Below, piece by piece: positions 12,918 through 26,600 of a stretch of 64,000 nucleotides of DNA. A program made the position numbers and the translations under genes. The stretch spans positions 771,364 to 835,363 of the forward strand of contig JAQGDQ010000049.1 in NCBI GenBank assembly GCA_030141605.1. Direction: 5' to 3'. Source of the DNA: Tubiluchus corallicola. Taxonomy: Eukaryota; Animalia; Priapulida. The stretch's first letter is position 1, and the number at the start of each line of letters is the position of its first letter. The notes below the pieces were generated by a model. That model did no database searches. It was not told where the DNA came from and was given only the letters and a program-made list of their open reading frames with translations.

Positions 12918-15820
12918 ATGAAGACCATACAAGCAAATCAGATTGTGAAAATCCCTGATAATGGTAAGTAGAAGTGCCAGATGTATTGCATATGAAAATA
13001 GCACTTTTTTAGTTTGGTTGCTATGTGTCAATAGGCGTATTTGTCTGAGTGGCTAACAATCATCTGCTGTCAAAAGTTTATTTGTTTTATCTGTAACTTT
13101 TCTGTTGAATAGCTGCCAAAAGTTTTTGTGTCATTTGTTAGCCAACTTTTTAGCCAATTGTTGTTAACTCCGTTAATGTTTAAATGCTACATGTTAAATA
13201 TCCCCTCTTTACAGATACACCTAAAGTGCTATGATTTGCCTGTGAACTATAAGTTCATTACTAATGTAGAATCAAATAATTTGATTGTACATTCTGTATA
13301 GTTAAGTGTGTTGTAAGATTTCCGTCATCCACTGCTACCTCAGAGCAAAAATCAAATGAAATTTTTTGATAAAACCATTTTGATGGTTTAGCTCAGGGCA
13401 TTTTGATGTTTCAAAACCCCATGTTTCTGTTGTAACATTTGCGTCTAATAAAGAAATGAGTATGTACAACTGGTAAATATACACCAGGGTTGATCATAAT
13501 GAAAACCCCTATAAGATTTTGTATACTGCAAAACATTAAAAAATATATATTTTAATGTATATATAAAATGTATACGTGAATATTTAGCTAAACATCGAGC
13601 CTGTTTTTTTCGATGTAATTGTTTTCCAGTGACCGTGTCTGTAAAGTCAAGGAAGGTCACTGTGACCGGTCCACGTGGGACGCTACGGCGTGATTTCAAG
13701 CACATCGCTGTTGACATGCGAATGATCAGCAAAAAGCAGCTGATGGTAGAAAAATGGTTTGGCATCCGAAAAGAGCTAGCTGTAGTACGCACTGTATGCA
13801 GTCATATTGAAAATATGATCAAAGGTGTTACTTATGTAAGTTGTATTAATGTAAAATATGGTTTATGTGCATTGTAGCAGTGCTTTTTTTTCTGTAAGGT
13901 CTATGTTGTTGTGTATTACTATTATTGAACAGTTAATAATATAGAGTGTATAGCAATTGGATTAATGTTTTATAACGCACGTGGCATCAAACTGCAGTCA
14001 AACCTCTTTATACCACCTACTTCAAATTGTAAAAAAGTTGGCGTAATAGCAAGTTTGGCATTATAACTGAATACAAGTCCAGATATTAAAATTATTTTCA
14101 CTAATTCTCTAGTCATAGGGTTATCAGTTAACCTGAAGCAGGTGAGGTTGCACAACAGGGAGTCAATTTTCCAGTAAAGAATTTCACATATAAGAGATCC
14201 AATGAGAAACTGGATTTATAAACTGCTTCAGGTTTAGCATGTAGTGGAGATTAACTACAACTTGGGGCCCCTAGGCTGTGTTGCAGTAACACCCCCGACG
14301 AACCCAACTAACCAGTCACAGTAGTGAATAAGAAATGTTGTGCCATAGGGTTCGTTATTGAGGGATTCTATCATTTTGATATTTTTCATTAAGAAATACT
14401 TCTGTAGTTACTGTGCTTCTGTAATTACTGTGTTTTAGTTTACTCTGAATTTAATTTCAGTGTGCATTTAAATTTTATTTAAAATCATCCACATGATTTT
14501 CTAGTACGTATGATGTAAGAGGGTCGATACATACTGAAGAGTTATGTAGATGATTTTAAAAAATTCCTGCATTTTATTCATTTAAAATTTGAAATGTATT
14601 CACATCCTCTCAAGAAAAATAATGTACAAATTCATGCAATACTATTTCTGGTCCATATTTCATAGTTTATGAAGAGTCACAACTATTTTTCAAGAAACGG
14701 TTCTGAACTGTTTGGTATTCATTGAATCTTTCATTTTCATAATCCTAGTAATTTGTTGGATTACCAAATCTAAAATACCATTTGCTTGCAGGGCTACAAA
14801 TACAAGATGCGTTCAGTCTATGCTCATTTTCCTATCAACATTGCTATCCAGGAGGCTGGATCTTTAGTGGAAATACGAAACTTCTTGGGAGAAAAATTTA
14901 TCCGTCGAGTTAACATGCCTAAAGGAGTAGTCTGCTCTAATTCAGCCAAGCAGAAAGATGAGATCTTATTAGAAGGCAATGACATTGAACTAGTGTCTCG
15001 AGCAGGCAAGTACACAATCGAAAATACACAGCTCTTATTTTTTATAATAGGAAATATGATAGTAATCTTAGTATTGAGACACTCTATTTAAATTATGTGA
15101 CAGAATTTAAAACACCCAGTTCTCGATACTGTGCCAATTAATTGTAAATACTGCATCCCTTCAAAACGTGAATTCAGACATTCTTGTCCCACCAACTGCA
15201 GATAAAGTAGGATTGAAATTTTGTATTAAATTTCACTTTTGCAGCCCAATAAATTCTGACGCGAATATTACATCAACGTTCATCCATGGTTACTCAACTT
15301 AGTTCAATTTAGTCAGAAAAAATTAACACCAGGAATGCGCCAAACAGCAACCATTGATTACTACTAAACACAATGATTTTAGTGTTTCGAGTTTTTTTGA
15401 AGCCATTGTTTTAGGTTGCTAGCTCACGATATTAAGTAGTAATAAAAAGTTGTTGTTTGATGCATCACCAGCGTTTGTTTTGCTGATTAAATCCAGCTTC
15501 TCTCCTTCAAAGACAGTTTGAGATTTAGTTCATTAATAATTTTAGTTAACTATTACATTTGCTGAAATATTGCCTCCAAAGTTTCAGATTTATCGGGCAT
15601 TTTCTTGGTACATATATTAATCACGGCAAGTGCTTGGCAGTTCATTTGCTTCATGTATCTTATATGTTTGCTACTGTATATTGCTCATTCTTGGTTATAT
15701 TTTTTTATTACAGCTGCATTAATACAGCAGTCTACTACTGTAAAAAATAAGGATATTCGAAAGTTTCTTGATGGGATTTACGTGTCAGAAAAGACTACAG
15801 TCGAGGAAGCAGCAGAATAA
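12918..15820 (+). CDS. RPL9: 60S ribosomal protein L9 (uL6)
   Basis: Exons 12918-12963 ([15 protein letters not shown]), 13630-13835 ([16 protein letters not shown]...[13 protein letters not shown]), 14792-15005 ([16 protein letters not shown]...EIRNFLGEK), 15714-15820 ([27 protein letters not shown]..stop). AATAAA near 15840. Last intron is GC-AG. Confidence 0.97.
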
Positions 15821-16042
15821 CTGTATTTGTAATGTAAAAAATAAAATCTAATTGCCCAAATCTTGTTTATTTTTTCATGTTTATTATAAGTATCATAAGT
15901 ATACTATATTCTACATAAGCAGCAATGTATCACGAATTATTTTCAGAAGTTGTACACATGCAGCTATCTGCAAATAATGAATAACAAATGAGAACAGTTT
16001 GCTTCTTCAATATTGGGTTCACCGCAATACCATAATTGCTCA

Positions 16043-19000
16043 TCAACTATTTTGTTCCTTATCGTCCTTGAAAGGACTTAGTCTCGATAACCATGATTTG
16101 CTGAAATAACAAGGATATTAACTGTTAGATATAAGCACAATAAAAAAATTCCAGCATAGTTGATTCACTAAACTGAAACTGAAACGATTATTCTTGAAAA
16201 ATTAGTGCAACTTGGAATGTTGGAAAGTGTACGTAGATAGACTGACGAAGTTATAACAACCATGTAACATGATCCAAAAATACTGTGTGTTTTTAAACCA
16301 AAAGTAAATTCAGTATTTAACCAGGAAAATAAGTGTAAATAGGACATTTTATTAATGTACTGATTCATCACACATAGTTGAAGGAATAGTTATTTTCAAT
16401 TCCTGAAATGAACTAAAAATTAGCTACTTTTATGCTTTTTTGTGTTCATTCCTTTTCTATTCAGTTGTAAAAAATATATTTCTGGGCTTGACCCAACAAA
16501 TTTACTGATGCATGGGTGTTATGGCAAGCAACAAATTAGCAGCTCATTTGACACTGTATATGACCTCCAATAAGGCATATTGGAGCTATCCACAGTTATA
16601 TGGTTGTCCTTTGTATAACACAGTTATCATAAATTTTAATTTAGAAAATATGGCTAGTAGTCTAGCATATGTCAAGCATTCCCTATCTCGTGTCGAATTT
16701 TTTGTTTCGCAGCAGTTTAACTGATCAATTTTTCCGTAAATTAAATTAATTTTCTTCAAATTCGTGCAACACAAAAGAATAAGCCAAGTACAAGCAACTT
16801 TACCTTTCCTTTTGGTCTGATTGCTTTAAACTAGTCTCTGTAAATAAAAACATGAAAAATAACAGTACTCTATATAAATGTTCTCAGTTTTTCGTTTACA
16901 AATTACACGTGCAGAAATGGCTCGAGTCATTAAATTTGAAACAGGTTTTTAGATTTTAAACAAAATAAAATAAACATTTATAAATCAGTTTTTGATACAT
17001 TTTCATAATCACAATCAGTAAGACGAAAGAATTCGCCCGCAGCACGTATCAAACTCGGCAATCAATCTTTTCACTGATCAACCATGATACCATTCTTAAC
17101 ATTTTGGTCGCTAAGCATACATCTTGACAGAACTACTACACAGAAACCTCGCTTCTCCTTACTGTATCAATAGCTTAACGAAAGTTTTCAATTTTGAAAT
17201 ATTAAAATTTAGTTCCTGTACAAATGATGTATAATAATAACATTTTCTGGAATTTCAATAAAAGCCCTTGCTAAAAATAATAATTTATTACTTGTAGAGT
17301 GCATCACATTAGAGATCTCGATGCGCTTTACAATGACAGTATTAATTGTAAATAGTGCTAAGCTTATGAGATTTTAAAAGTCAGCGTAAAATTAAATATT
17401 GTACAAATAAAACTATGATGCATAATGTTGCCTAAAAAGGTGTGCTTTTAGGTGTTTTTTTAAAAATTTGTAATGCTGGTAGTTGACGCATAGTTAATGG
17501 TAAACGATTCCACAACCGTGGAGCAGTAACTTCAAAGGCACGACGGCCATGTGTTTCTTGCTTATATCTGGGCTCTTTTAACAGTAAAGGATCAGCTGCT
17601 GTAATTATTACGAAAGTGACCATCTCAATGCGTACTATATGAAAGCTCAAGGATAAAGGAAGTCACAGAAACTGAAGCGAATCGCTTTACTTACCAGCAT
17701 TTTCCAATTCCTCAGTCAACTGTTTCTTGTAAGTTTCTTTAAGAGGAACAATTCTTTCAGCTTCCAACTGTCTTCTTAGTTTAATTACAGCTTCTTTCAC
17801 TGTTAATCCTACCCACTCCGCTTCTTCCTCCTGCAAAATAAATTCCAATTTCCAAAACTTGTAATTCAGCACCTTGTAATGTGAGAAATGTGTTGTTTGT
17901 AAAAGTATGGGGCCACACTTAACGGTCTAGATACAGTTCCTAATTTATGTAAAGAAGGGCTTTATTATAAAGCTGATTATAAAAATTGTTTTAACTTAAC
18001 ATTAATTTAATATAATATCATTTTAAATTTATTATTATTATTAATATTATTAAACATATTATATTACATATAGTCGTATGATGGCGATTCAGAAAATAAC
18101 TTTAATAAGCAACAGCGAAAATGGTAAAGTTGTCAAATTCCAATGCAGTGCGAATCAAGAAAATACTAGGTAACTTACTGGTATTTCATACTTCTTGTAT
18201 CTTTTGTATACTTTCTCCCTCTTCACTGGGTCATCAGGGTACATGGATTTCCGTGCTAGTGTTAATAACATTTCTCGCTTTAATGTCATACCCAGCTTTG
18301 ACTTAAGATCTACTTGATGTGTCTGGAAGTACAATAGAAAACCAAGCAAATAATTCACATGGTGACTGCTGCAGGCTAGAATAATCTGGCACAGAATCAA
18401 TGTAATTTACAAAATGCTGATTACAAAAACGTTTGTTAGAGTGTAAAAATAATTGGACTTGCTAAATAAAATGTTTAAACAATATGCTGCATGGTTTCTG
18501 ACATACAATTCATTTTAGAGACTTACTATTTAGAGACCCTAAAGCAATAGCAGCTTCTAAATGAGTCAAACTACACCCTCACTATAATATAAGCTTTTAC
18601 AACTTAAAATCCTATTATCATTACGAATATGCAATTCATTTTATTATAATTGTACTGTAAATCTCGTTTGTTTTGATTTTTATCACTTTATTGTTAGCAG
18701 TATTAAATTTGAATAACCACCATTTTTCAGTGAGCGAGACGAATGATGTTACAAGTACAGTCACGAGATCACCAAAGATACTTTCTGTACCTCATACGTC
18801 ATTCTTGCTCACTCGCACCAAAGCTGCAAAACATGACAATCTTTACGGCAGTGCACGTATTCGAAATTCGCCAGAAAAAGGTAAGTTATTTAATTTATAA
18901 GTCTCTTTTGTTTAATAATAACTATGAATTCTTTGTGTAATCATAATAATGCGTTAAAAAACTTTTATGCCTGTTGGGGTATCTCAGAATGCAACATTTA

Positions 19001-22000
19001 ATGTGAACCAAATGAACCATGATGTGTGACTCCAAACTAAACTGTCCACAAAAACAAGAACAATCACAACACAAGCAAGTACTAGACATCTTATTATGGG
19101 ATGTATGCAGTATGCAAACTAAACCTATCTAACGGACTTTGTCAATAACCTTGTACACACTAAATGCTTTTAAAAGTGTTTACAATTCTCATCGTGCTCT
19201 AAATTGTACATCCACGCATAAAAACCAACAATTTATATTATGTTCTACATTGTGCCACTTAAAAGCAAAAGTGTACGATAAAGTTATCATAGTTATCACA
19301 ATAGTGCCACACTTTGTCAATAGCGATATACTAGATGACTTGGCAAGTTATTTGCAAGCTAGTAAAAGCTTTCCACCTTCTAGTGCATGTACGCAAATTG
19401 CCATTGCCCATTGCTCATCCATTCAAGTACTGGCCGACCTGAGAGTCAATCCATTTTCAGGAGATGCCTGCTTTTGGCAACTTAAATCAACTTATATTTT
19501 AGCTACTAATTTTTGCTGACAAGAAAAATGAGGATAGTAATCAGTATCGGTAAGTCTGAACCAATTTAAATCCTATCGGTTCCAGACAGTTTTTGCTGAC
19601 AAGAAAAATGAGGATAGTAATCAGTATCGGTAAGTCTACGAAAGCTTTTACCATTCATGAAAGCTTCTTACTTGGAGGATATAATTATCAAATCCAAATG
19701 CTTCATCGATCAGATTAAGTGTTCTTGGAGTCACAACTATTTCCATGTGTCGATCAAGAATTTCGCTATAGAAAACATGCTTTATCAGTCTTGGCATCCA
19801 GAAGTGTGGTACCCTGTATTCACAAATAGAAGCAGAAATGTAGAATGAGAAAAATGCAGAAAATGCATGAGAGACTTACAGTGTTGGGTATATAGTAATA
19901 GTAAATTTATTTAGCTTCAAAAACTTAATACAGTTAAGATGTTAGCGCATATTATACAGATAAAAACCAGCAGAGGTGACGAAAAACCATATGGTCATCC
20001 AGTCACCAGTCAGTCACCTCTAAATAGATATTACATACAGTAACATTAACATTGGGCTAGTGGCAATTAATTAAAGTCATAATTACATTTAATACAAATG
20101 CAGACATACATACATACATACACAGAGAATGAGATTACATAACAGAATGATAATAATGACAATGAGAAGAATAATACAATCTTGACAAAAATTTGTGGGG
20201 CAGATTAACGATATTAAAGAAAATCTAAGCATGAAATGCCAAAATTATAAATTATAGACAAGCAGTAGCACGTTATTGTAATCAGATTACTTTTTACAGT
20301 AACGAGCAATATAATATAACTACCCTGCTTAGTCTTGTAATAAGATTACTCGTTACTTTTGACAGTAATGCCGCTAAACCGGTGTTACTTATCTATCCAA
20401 GAATAACGTTTTAAACTTAGGCTGTTTTGATCGTTTAGCAACTTTCCTTTTGTTTATCTCTGCCAGACTGCCACGCAAGTCTCTATGCACGTGGCGGTTT
20501 ACTGCTATGCTTAAATAATGACCTCATTTGAAATTTGTACTGACTGCCTCATAAGAACTTCTACAGCTGTAGGAGATTCTTTTATGCTGCCCTGCCTAGT
20601 AAAGTAACACGGCTGAATGCTACTGGTGTATGGATGACAACGATCAGGCTTTGGTGCCAGTTCACCAAGCAGGAGCTTTTGACAAATGCAAATATGACCA
20701 TTATTTTAATTTTGTAAACACAGAAAAATTAAATATAACAGCACAGTGCAGGTTATGCACAGGAAATGTAATGATCATTTATGAAGCAAAAGCAACACTT
20801 TATCAATTGCTAAGTAAAAGCTGTATAAGACAATTTCACTTTTAATTTTTGCTAGTTAATTTAAGGCAAAATTTGCGACATTTTTACAACAAGATTGGTT
20901 AGGATTCATACACTCAACTACAAACATGAACTATCATTTTGGTCACTCAGTGAATCTATGATAATAGCAAATAGGCTCACCTTCTTTGTAAACGATGTCT
21001 CTTCTGAAATCCTTTTACTATACCTTCTCCACCCCACAAACCTTCATCAGCTTCTTTTGGATAAATAGCTGGTATGGGAATGTTTTCCACTCTTGTTCTA
21101 AATTAAGTGTAAAGGTGGGTATGTAAAAATAATGGTGAAAAAACAGATGAAACTGTTAGAGGAGCTACCCAGAAAGCCCAGAATTGGCTATTAATGCAAG
21201 AAATCTATTACTTTTAAATTTCCAACTCATTGGCTTGTTTTACTAATCAATGGTTTGTTGGACAAAAAAAATTCCTATGCATTAATTTGCCATAATTAGT
21301 GATCTCGTAGACACATTATTTTAAAGAAGACAAAGTAATGTGTTACCATATTAGAAATGAAATGCAGGAAAAGACAATTAAATTATGGTGGTCGAAAAAA
21401 CTTACAATTGTGATTAGAAAGTCGGGTAACGAAACAAAAATGTTAAAATTAGTCACAATATATTTAATTACTATAAACAGTTAAAGTAATAAAAAATAAA
21501 AAACATTTATTAGCTGGCAATATATGACTTGTACACATATTGACAGCATTATTTATATATAATGGCAGTACAATGTATGTGAAAAAAACACATTTTGTTC
21601 AATATTTTATGGTTAGAGTTAGGGTTAATTTTTTTTCCTATGAGTTTTTTCTGGGTCTTTTTTACGTGGCTTTTTTATCTGGATTCAACAATACCGTGCT
21701 TAACACCCCATACGCACATAAAATAGCCTTGCTTAAAATGGCAAAAAATATTAAATCATTCTTATCTCTCTGGGAGACGAGCCTCACTGTGGGCATACTT
21801 GGAAAAATAACTTAAGCTAATGGAAAGCATGAAAGCACGCATAACAAAACCTCTGTTGTTCACTCAGAAATCTGATTAGTCACTGGATCAATTGGCAAAA
21901 ACTCTAAAATGCCATAACTTTAATCCACACGATTATATTCCTCAAAATGCATAAATACTGTACATAGAGATGTTTTCAGACAAGCACACAATTCGGGTGC

Positions 22001-22932
22001 ACATAGTAGGTGTCAGATGGGTTACTGAGCTTATAAAGTTGAAAATTGACTTAAATCATTCTGCCGCTTCATTGATATTAATTAGTCCAATTTAGAGGTT
22101 ACTATGCTATCATCGGTAACAGTTTTTCAATACAATGCGAGCATCAAAAAGTGAAAAATAATATTAATGATCTCTCATTTAATGTTCTGGATAGTTTACA
22201 GTTAATAATCTAGGATGCACACCATAATGAGTTGATTATAATTTATGGGTTATGGGTCACGACGAACGAGTTACTGTTTAGTTGTACAGGATGAACTTTT
22301 GTTATGTTAAAGGATGGACCCAAAAAACAGGCCATATCACAAAACCAGCATTTCACTTTCACAATCGCAAATGTAGCTGTTTCCTGCAATCATGGCAGTC
22401 ATTCTGCTCTATGAAAAATACTTATTTTAGGCTGTAGTATAACAACTACGCAAGATTAATGCTAGTTCGTGTCGTTACAAAGCAGCAACAGGCTGCATTT
22501 ATCAAAATATTCATTAGAATTATTTTCATGTGGCACAAGTTATCCTCCAATCAATTCTCCAAGGCAAACGAATTGCTTTCTGTTCTCTTGCTGAAATCAA
22601 CAATTGTATAAATGTTAGCCAAGAAAATGAACAAAAAAATTTAATTTCTTAACGTAAAAAAATGCTGAATGCCTTTGTAGTCTCAAAATAATAATGTTTG
22701 TTTCTTACAAAAGCTTTCACCCTAGTGGGCCTCATCAGCTGAAAAATTATACTTACTTTTTCTGTGTTTTGGGATCTAAGATATATTTCTTTGGATATGG
22801 ACGCCAATGAACAGGAATAGGCTGTTTGGTTCTTAGTTCCTCCTGAGCTTTCAAGTAATGGTTTGGCAACATCTTCTCCCACATTCCTGGTTTGAATGCA
22901 GGACGAGTAAGTTTTGTAATAGTGCTAGCCAT
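16043..22932 (-). CDS. MRPL28: Mitochondrial ribosomal protein L28 (bL28m)
   Basis: Exons 22757-22932 (MASTITK...LPNHYLK...PIPVHWRP), 20981-21097 (RVENIPIP...GLWGGEGIVKGF), 19672-19813 (FYSEILDRHMEIVVTPRTLNLIDEAFGFDNYIL), 18179-18322 (DLKSKLGMTLKREML), 17695-17830 (EEEAEWVGLT), probable 16804-16837 and 16043-16100 (SKSWLSRLSPFKDDKEQNS*). All GT-AG and in frame; the last two exons are less certain. Confidence 0.9.
17275..17600 (-). mobile_element. L2/Crack-like LINE 3' end relic in an MRPL28 intron
   Basis: Peptide GRRAFEVTAPRLWNRLP...IFKK is typical of the L2-clade ORF2 C-terminus; followed by TGTAAAGCGCATCGAG...AATAAATTATTAT tail. Confidence 0.7.
19511..19637. repeat. 47-bp direct repeat
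   Basis: ttttgctgacaagaaaaatgaggatagtaatcagtatcggtaagtct at about 19511 and 19591. Confidence 0.9.
20262..20845 (+). mobile_element. hAT-like DNA transposon relic with partial BED zinc finger
   Basis: Subterminal GTAAT/ATTAC/AGTAAC motifs at 20270-20390 and ORF 20630-20845 containing YDHYF...NITAQCRLC, like the N-terminus of hAT BED fingers. Confidence 0.5.
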
Positions 22933-23085
22933 TATTTAATCACTGAAGTGCAATCTATTCCACCTCGGTACCTCGGGATTGTACTACCCGTTTTTGATGA
23001 TGCTACCTAAAAATGATTAAAAATAATGGGCCTATCAATTTTATCATTTGCGAAGAAAATAACTGCTTATCTACTAAATTAGCAT

Positions 23086-23201
23086 TGATCATTTCTGCTA
23101 AATAAAAATATGAAAATGTTGTTATATGTGCAATACAAATTTGCATATCAGCTGTAGACAGCCATATATATATATATATTGATATACATTGATATATATT
23201 G

Positions 23202-23239
<38 letters not shown>

Positions 23240-23322
23240 ATCATTTCTGCTAAATAAAAATATGAAAATGTTGCTATATGCACAATACAAATTTGCATAT
23301 CAGCTGTAGGCAGCCGTATATA
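23086..23322. repeat. About 80-bp direct duplication flanking a (TA)n tract
   Basis: ttgatcatttctgctaaataaaaatatgaaaatgttg...catatcagctgtag on both sides of the (TA)n at about 23165-23237. Confidence 0.85.
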
Positions 23323-23404
23323 GCCGCCACTAGCTTATACGTTCTCAAACATGGCACATTCCACCTGTTGACGCCAGGCTCTCTTCTACATGACGCCAGG
23401 CTAA

Positions 23405-24260
23405 TAAGTGTGATCGGACCCTTATTATTTCTTAACTCCGCTAATGACCTAACATCAAGGTCAAAATGTTTGCCGATGACACGAATATATACAAAAGTGT
23501 AGTCAGTTTATGATTGCATGACACTGCAGTATTATATATCAGTCATGGATGCATGGTCCAGAGAATGGCAAATGCCATTTAACACAAATAAATGCAAAAC
23601 TCTACATCTAGGGAACAACCACGACGAATTTAACTACTTCATGAGTGATACGTCAGGCGGACAGAGAATCATAATGCAAATTGAGTGTCAAACGGATCTT
23701 GGGGTATATGTGGATAACAAGCTGACATTTAGCCAACATACTGATGAAGTCACCAAGAAAGCAAGAAAGAGGCTTTGGTTAATTCGAAAAACTTTCAGTT
23801 TCCTAGATATCCCGATGTTTCTGATTTTATACAAAACATTTGTCCGCCCTATCTTTGACTACGGAGATGTCATATGGAATCCATTTAGATTGAATGCAAT
23901 AAGAAAAGTGGAATTTTTCCAACATAGAGCTACAAAATTAGTTCCTGCCATGAGCCATCTGACGTATTCAGAACGGATGAGGAATTTGAAACTCCTCTCA
24001 TAGAGATTTCGAAGGAAGAGAGGTGATTTGATCCTGATGTTCCGTATCAAGAACAATATGACTAAACTATAGCATGGTCGTTATTTTGCTAATAATCTAC
24101 GAGGTACTGGATATAAAATTATTAAGCTCAGATGCAGAAACAGGAATAGGTTTATGTTCAGGACTGTCAATGACTGGAATTCATTAAATACTAAGGTATG
24201 GTGTGCCAGTACTGCCTTACACTTTAAGACACAACTGGATCAGTATTAGAAAGACCATCT
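23405..24260 (+). mobile_element. CR1-like non-LTR retrotransposon RT fragment (decayed)
   Basis: SVIGPLLFL..NDL then MFADDT (RT catalytic motif, about 23466-23483, frameshifted), WSREWQMPFNTNKCK, DLGVYVDNKLTFSQH, LYKTFVRP..DY...WNP, RRKRGDLI; internal stops. Confidence 0.9.
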
Positions 24261-24789
24261 TGAAATGTATCACGCCCCATTTCAACCTGAATGGACTTTA
24301 TTGGCCGAGAATTAAAGGCTCCCACCTGACTGTACACAATGGCAGTTATTATAGTATTAACAGTTACAGTGTTAACCGGATCCACAACGCTATGTATATA
24401 ATTAAGGATTGCAACCATGAGCAAAAAGCTATTAGTTTCACCCCGATCGTCGAAAGTAATCGAAGATAATACCTGAATCAGCCCTCAAATCTATTTGTAC
24501 TTGCTAAATCTTTTTGCAGTATATCTATGCAAGCCAGTAGCTAACGCCGACCCGACCACTCTTGGCTTTTTTTGACATTTCAAGAGCTTTATGTAATGTG
24601 TTATAAGAGCAGATACCTGAAGTAATCTTAATGCAATCCTCATGTCGTGTAAAGAAAAATCTTCAAAGGACCACTAAACCTCGTTAACGTGTACTGTGGG
24701 CCGCCATTGCCATACGAAAAAGGTGTCGCCATCTACAGAATAATTCATTAAATATAAAGTATGCTAAATCAATAGGGAGTGAAAAAATC

Positions 24790-25472
24790 TCAAAGTTAAC
24801 AACATGAAAGCTAAAGGATATAACATAGCACGGGATGGAGATCAATCCCGAAAACGTTGCAAATACAAGGGATCACTACTTAACACAGAAGACATAGACA
24901 TAGAAGATGATATCAAAAATAGAAAACAACAGGCAATGTATGGCCTTATTCAAAATAAATCATTTCTAACAAGCAACTATCCCTCAAGATAAGGCTGCGA
25001 CTCGTTAATGCATATGTAACTAGTATCTTTATGTATAACAGTGAAATGTGGGGCTTAACTGCAATGCAGGAAGCAGAAATAAATGCATTTCAAAAAAGCC
25101 TACTTAGAAAAAATAAAATAGCCATATGTCATTTCACATGAGGAGCTATATGACAGAACCAAAGAAGAACATTGGAGCACTAAAATCACGAATACTAAAA
25201 TGGGTTGGACTTTTGATAAGATCGCCAGAAACAACACCAGTAAGATTAGCATTAAACAAGCCACTGAAACCTACTAAACAGGCTCCAGACAAACCAAAAA
25301 CAACCAGCATATCAAAAATTAATAAAGATTTACAACAGTTGGAATCAAACCTAACAATAGCATCACAGGAATTAAATTTTTTATCTGCAGACAAGAAACA
25401 GTGGAGTGCTCTAATGAAGGATAGAGGTTCTATGTCTACAATAGATGTTTAGAGCAACAGAAGAAGAAGAAA
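24790..25472 (+). mobile_element. RTE-like LINE 3' fragment with (GAA)n tail
   Basis: Disrupted peptides CKYKGSLL..DIKNRKQQA, IRLRLVNAYVTSIFMYNSEMW, RILKWVGLLIRSPETTPVRLAL; ends in agaagaagaagaa. Confidence 0.7.
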
Positions 25473-26465
25473 TCAGTAGAGGGATTCACCAATCATGTTC
25501 TCAACAATTATTTTAGTGTGAAACTGTTTGTAACTTTAACTCGTTGATGAAGGGCAAACTGAATAGACTGGAAATTCGTTGACCCCATCTCAGCAAATAT
25601 TCTGACACTACTCTAAAAGACAAAGTGGGTTACCATACCAAAATCCGCACCATGGAGACTGAAAATGTTCCAAGACATGAATTATCATTGACATCTAACA
25701 ATCATGTGGTATTCAAAAGACAAGGTTGCAAGACATCTGCAAGATGTGTTGAAGGATCTTAAGTTCGACTCTGATGTTTTTGAATCTCTGAGTATACATA
25801 TTCTCAAGATTGCAACAATACTCGTGAGGCTTTCACTAAAAAAAGAAGGCATGATAGTATTCAATTGTATCAAAAATGCCTTGAAGTAACAAATTGTCTG
25901 TTCTGTTCTATTACTCATCGCATAGTAGGTCATTATTTTTTTTTATCAAGCTTACAAATGTTTTCAGAGGCAGGAACCTAAACAATATAATTATGCCAAT
26001 TAGCAGAGCCTATTCAACCTATAAATTCCGAATGCAGTTTCACAACCGGGCTGCCAACCAGTACGTTTCTAAGATGCCAACCATCATCTTCTAAGATCGT
26101 TTTAAACAAAAGTCGATGCACATCATTTAATGTTAAGCATCATTCAGACTCATTGGTGGAAACATCAACTACAGATTTAACTGTTGTTTGTAAGGCAATA
26201 TCATCAATGTAAGAGGGTTTACATTAGAAGAAACATAAAACAAACACACAAAAATTAGAATTAGTGTTACATAACGCTATTAAAATTTTATAGAAATTGA
26301 TTATTTCTGTAAAGGCTATGCCATTATAATACAGGTATATTTATGAGACTATGTATTTTTTATGAATTTACAGTGCCAGGCTTCTGCTCTATGCCTTAAA
26401 TCATTGGAGTAAATTGCCACATATGTACAGATGAATGGTTGGTTCCGAAGTAGTAGAAAGCAGTC

Positions 26466-26600
<135 letters not shown>

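Noticed and set aside
13445-13792. Antisense ORFs over RPL9 and LARS1 exons, and the many 60-130-aa ORFs in introns
   Set aside because: Shadow ORFs of real exons or chance ORFs in AT-rich DNA, with no recognisable motifs.
14490-14560. ATGATG...CTGA as a possible C/D snoRNA in an RPL9 intron
   Set aside because: Boxes too close together, imperfect C box, no terminal stem or recognisable rRNA guide.
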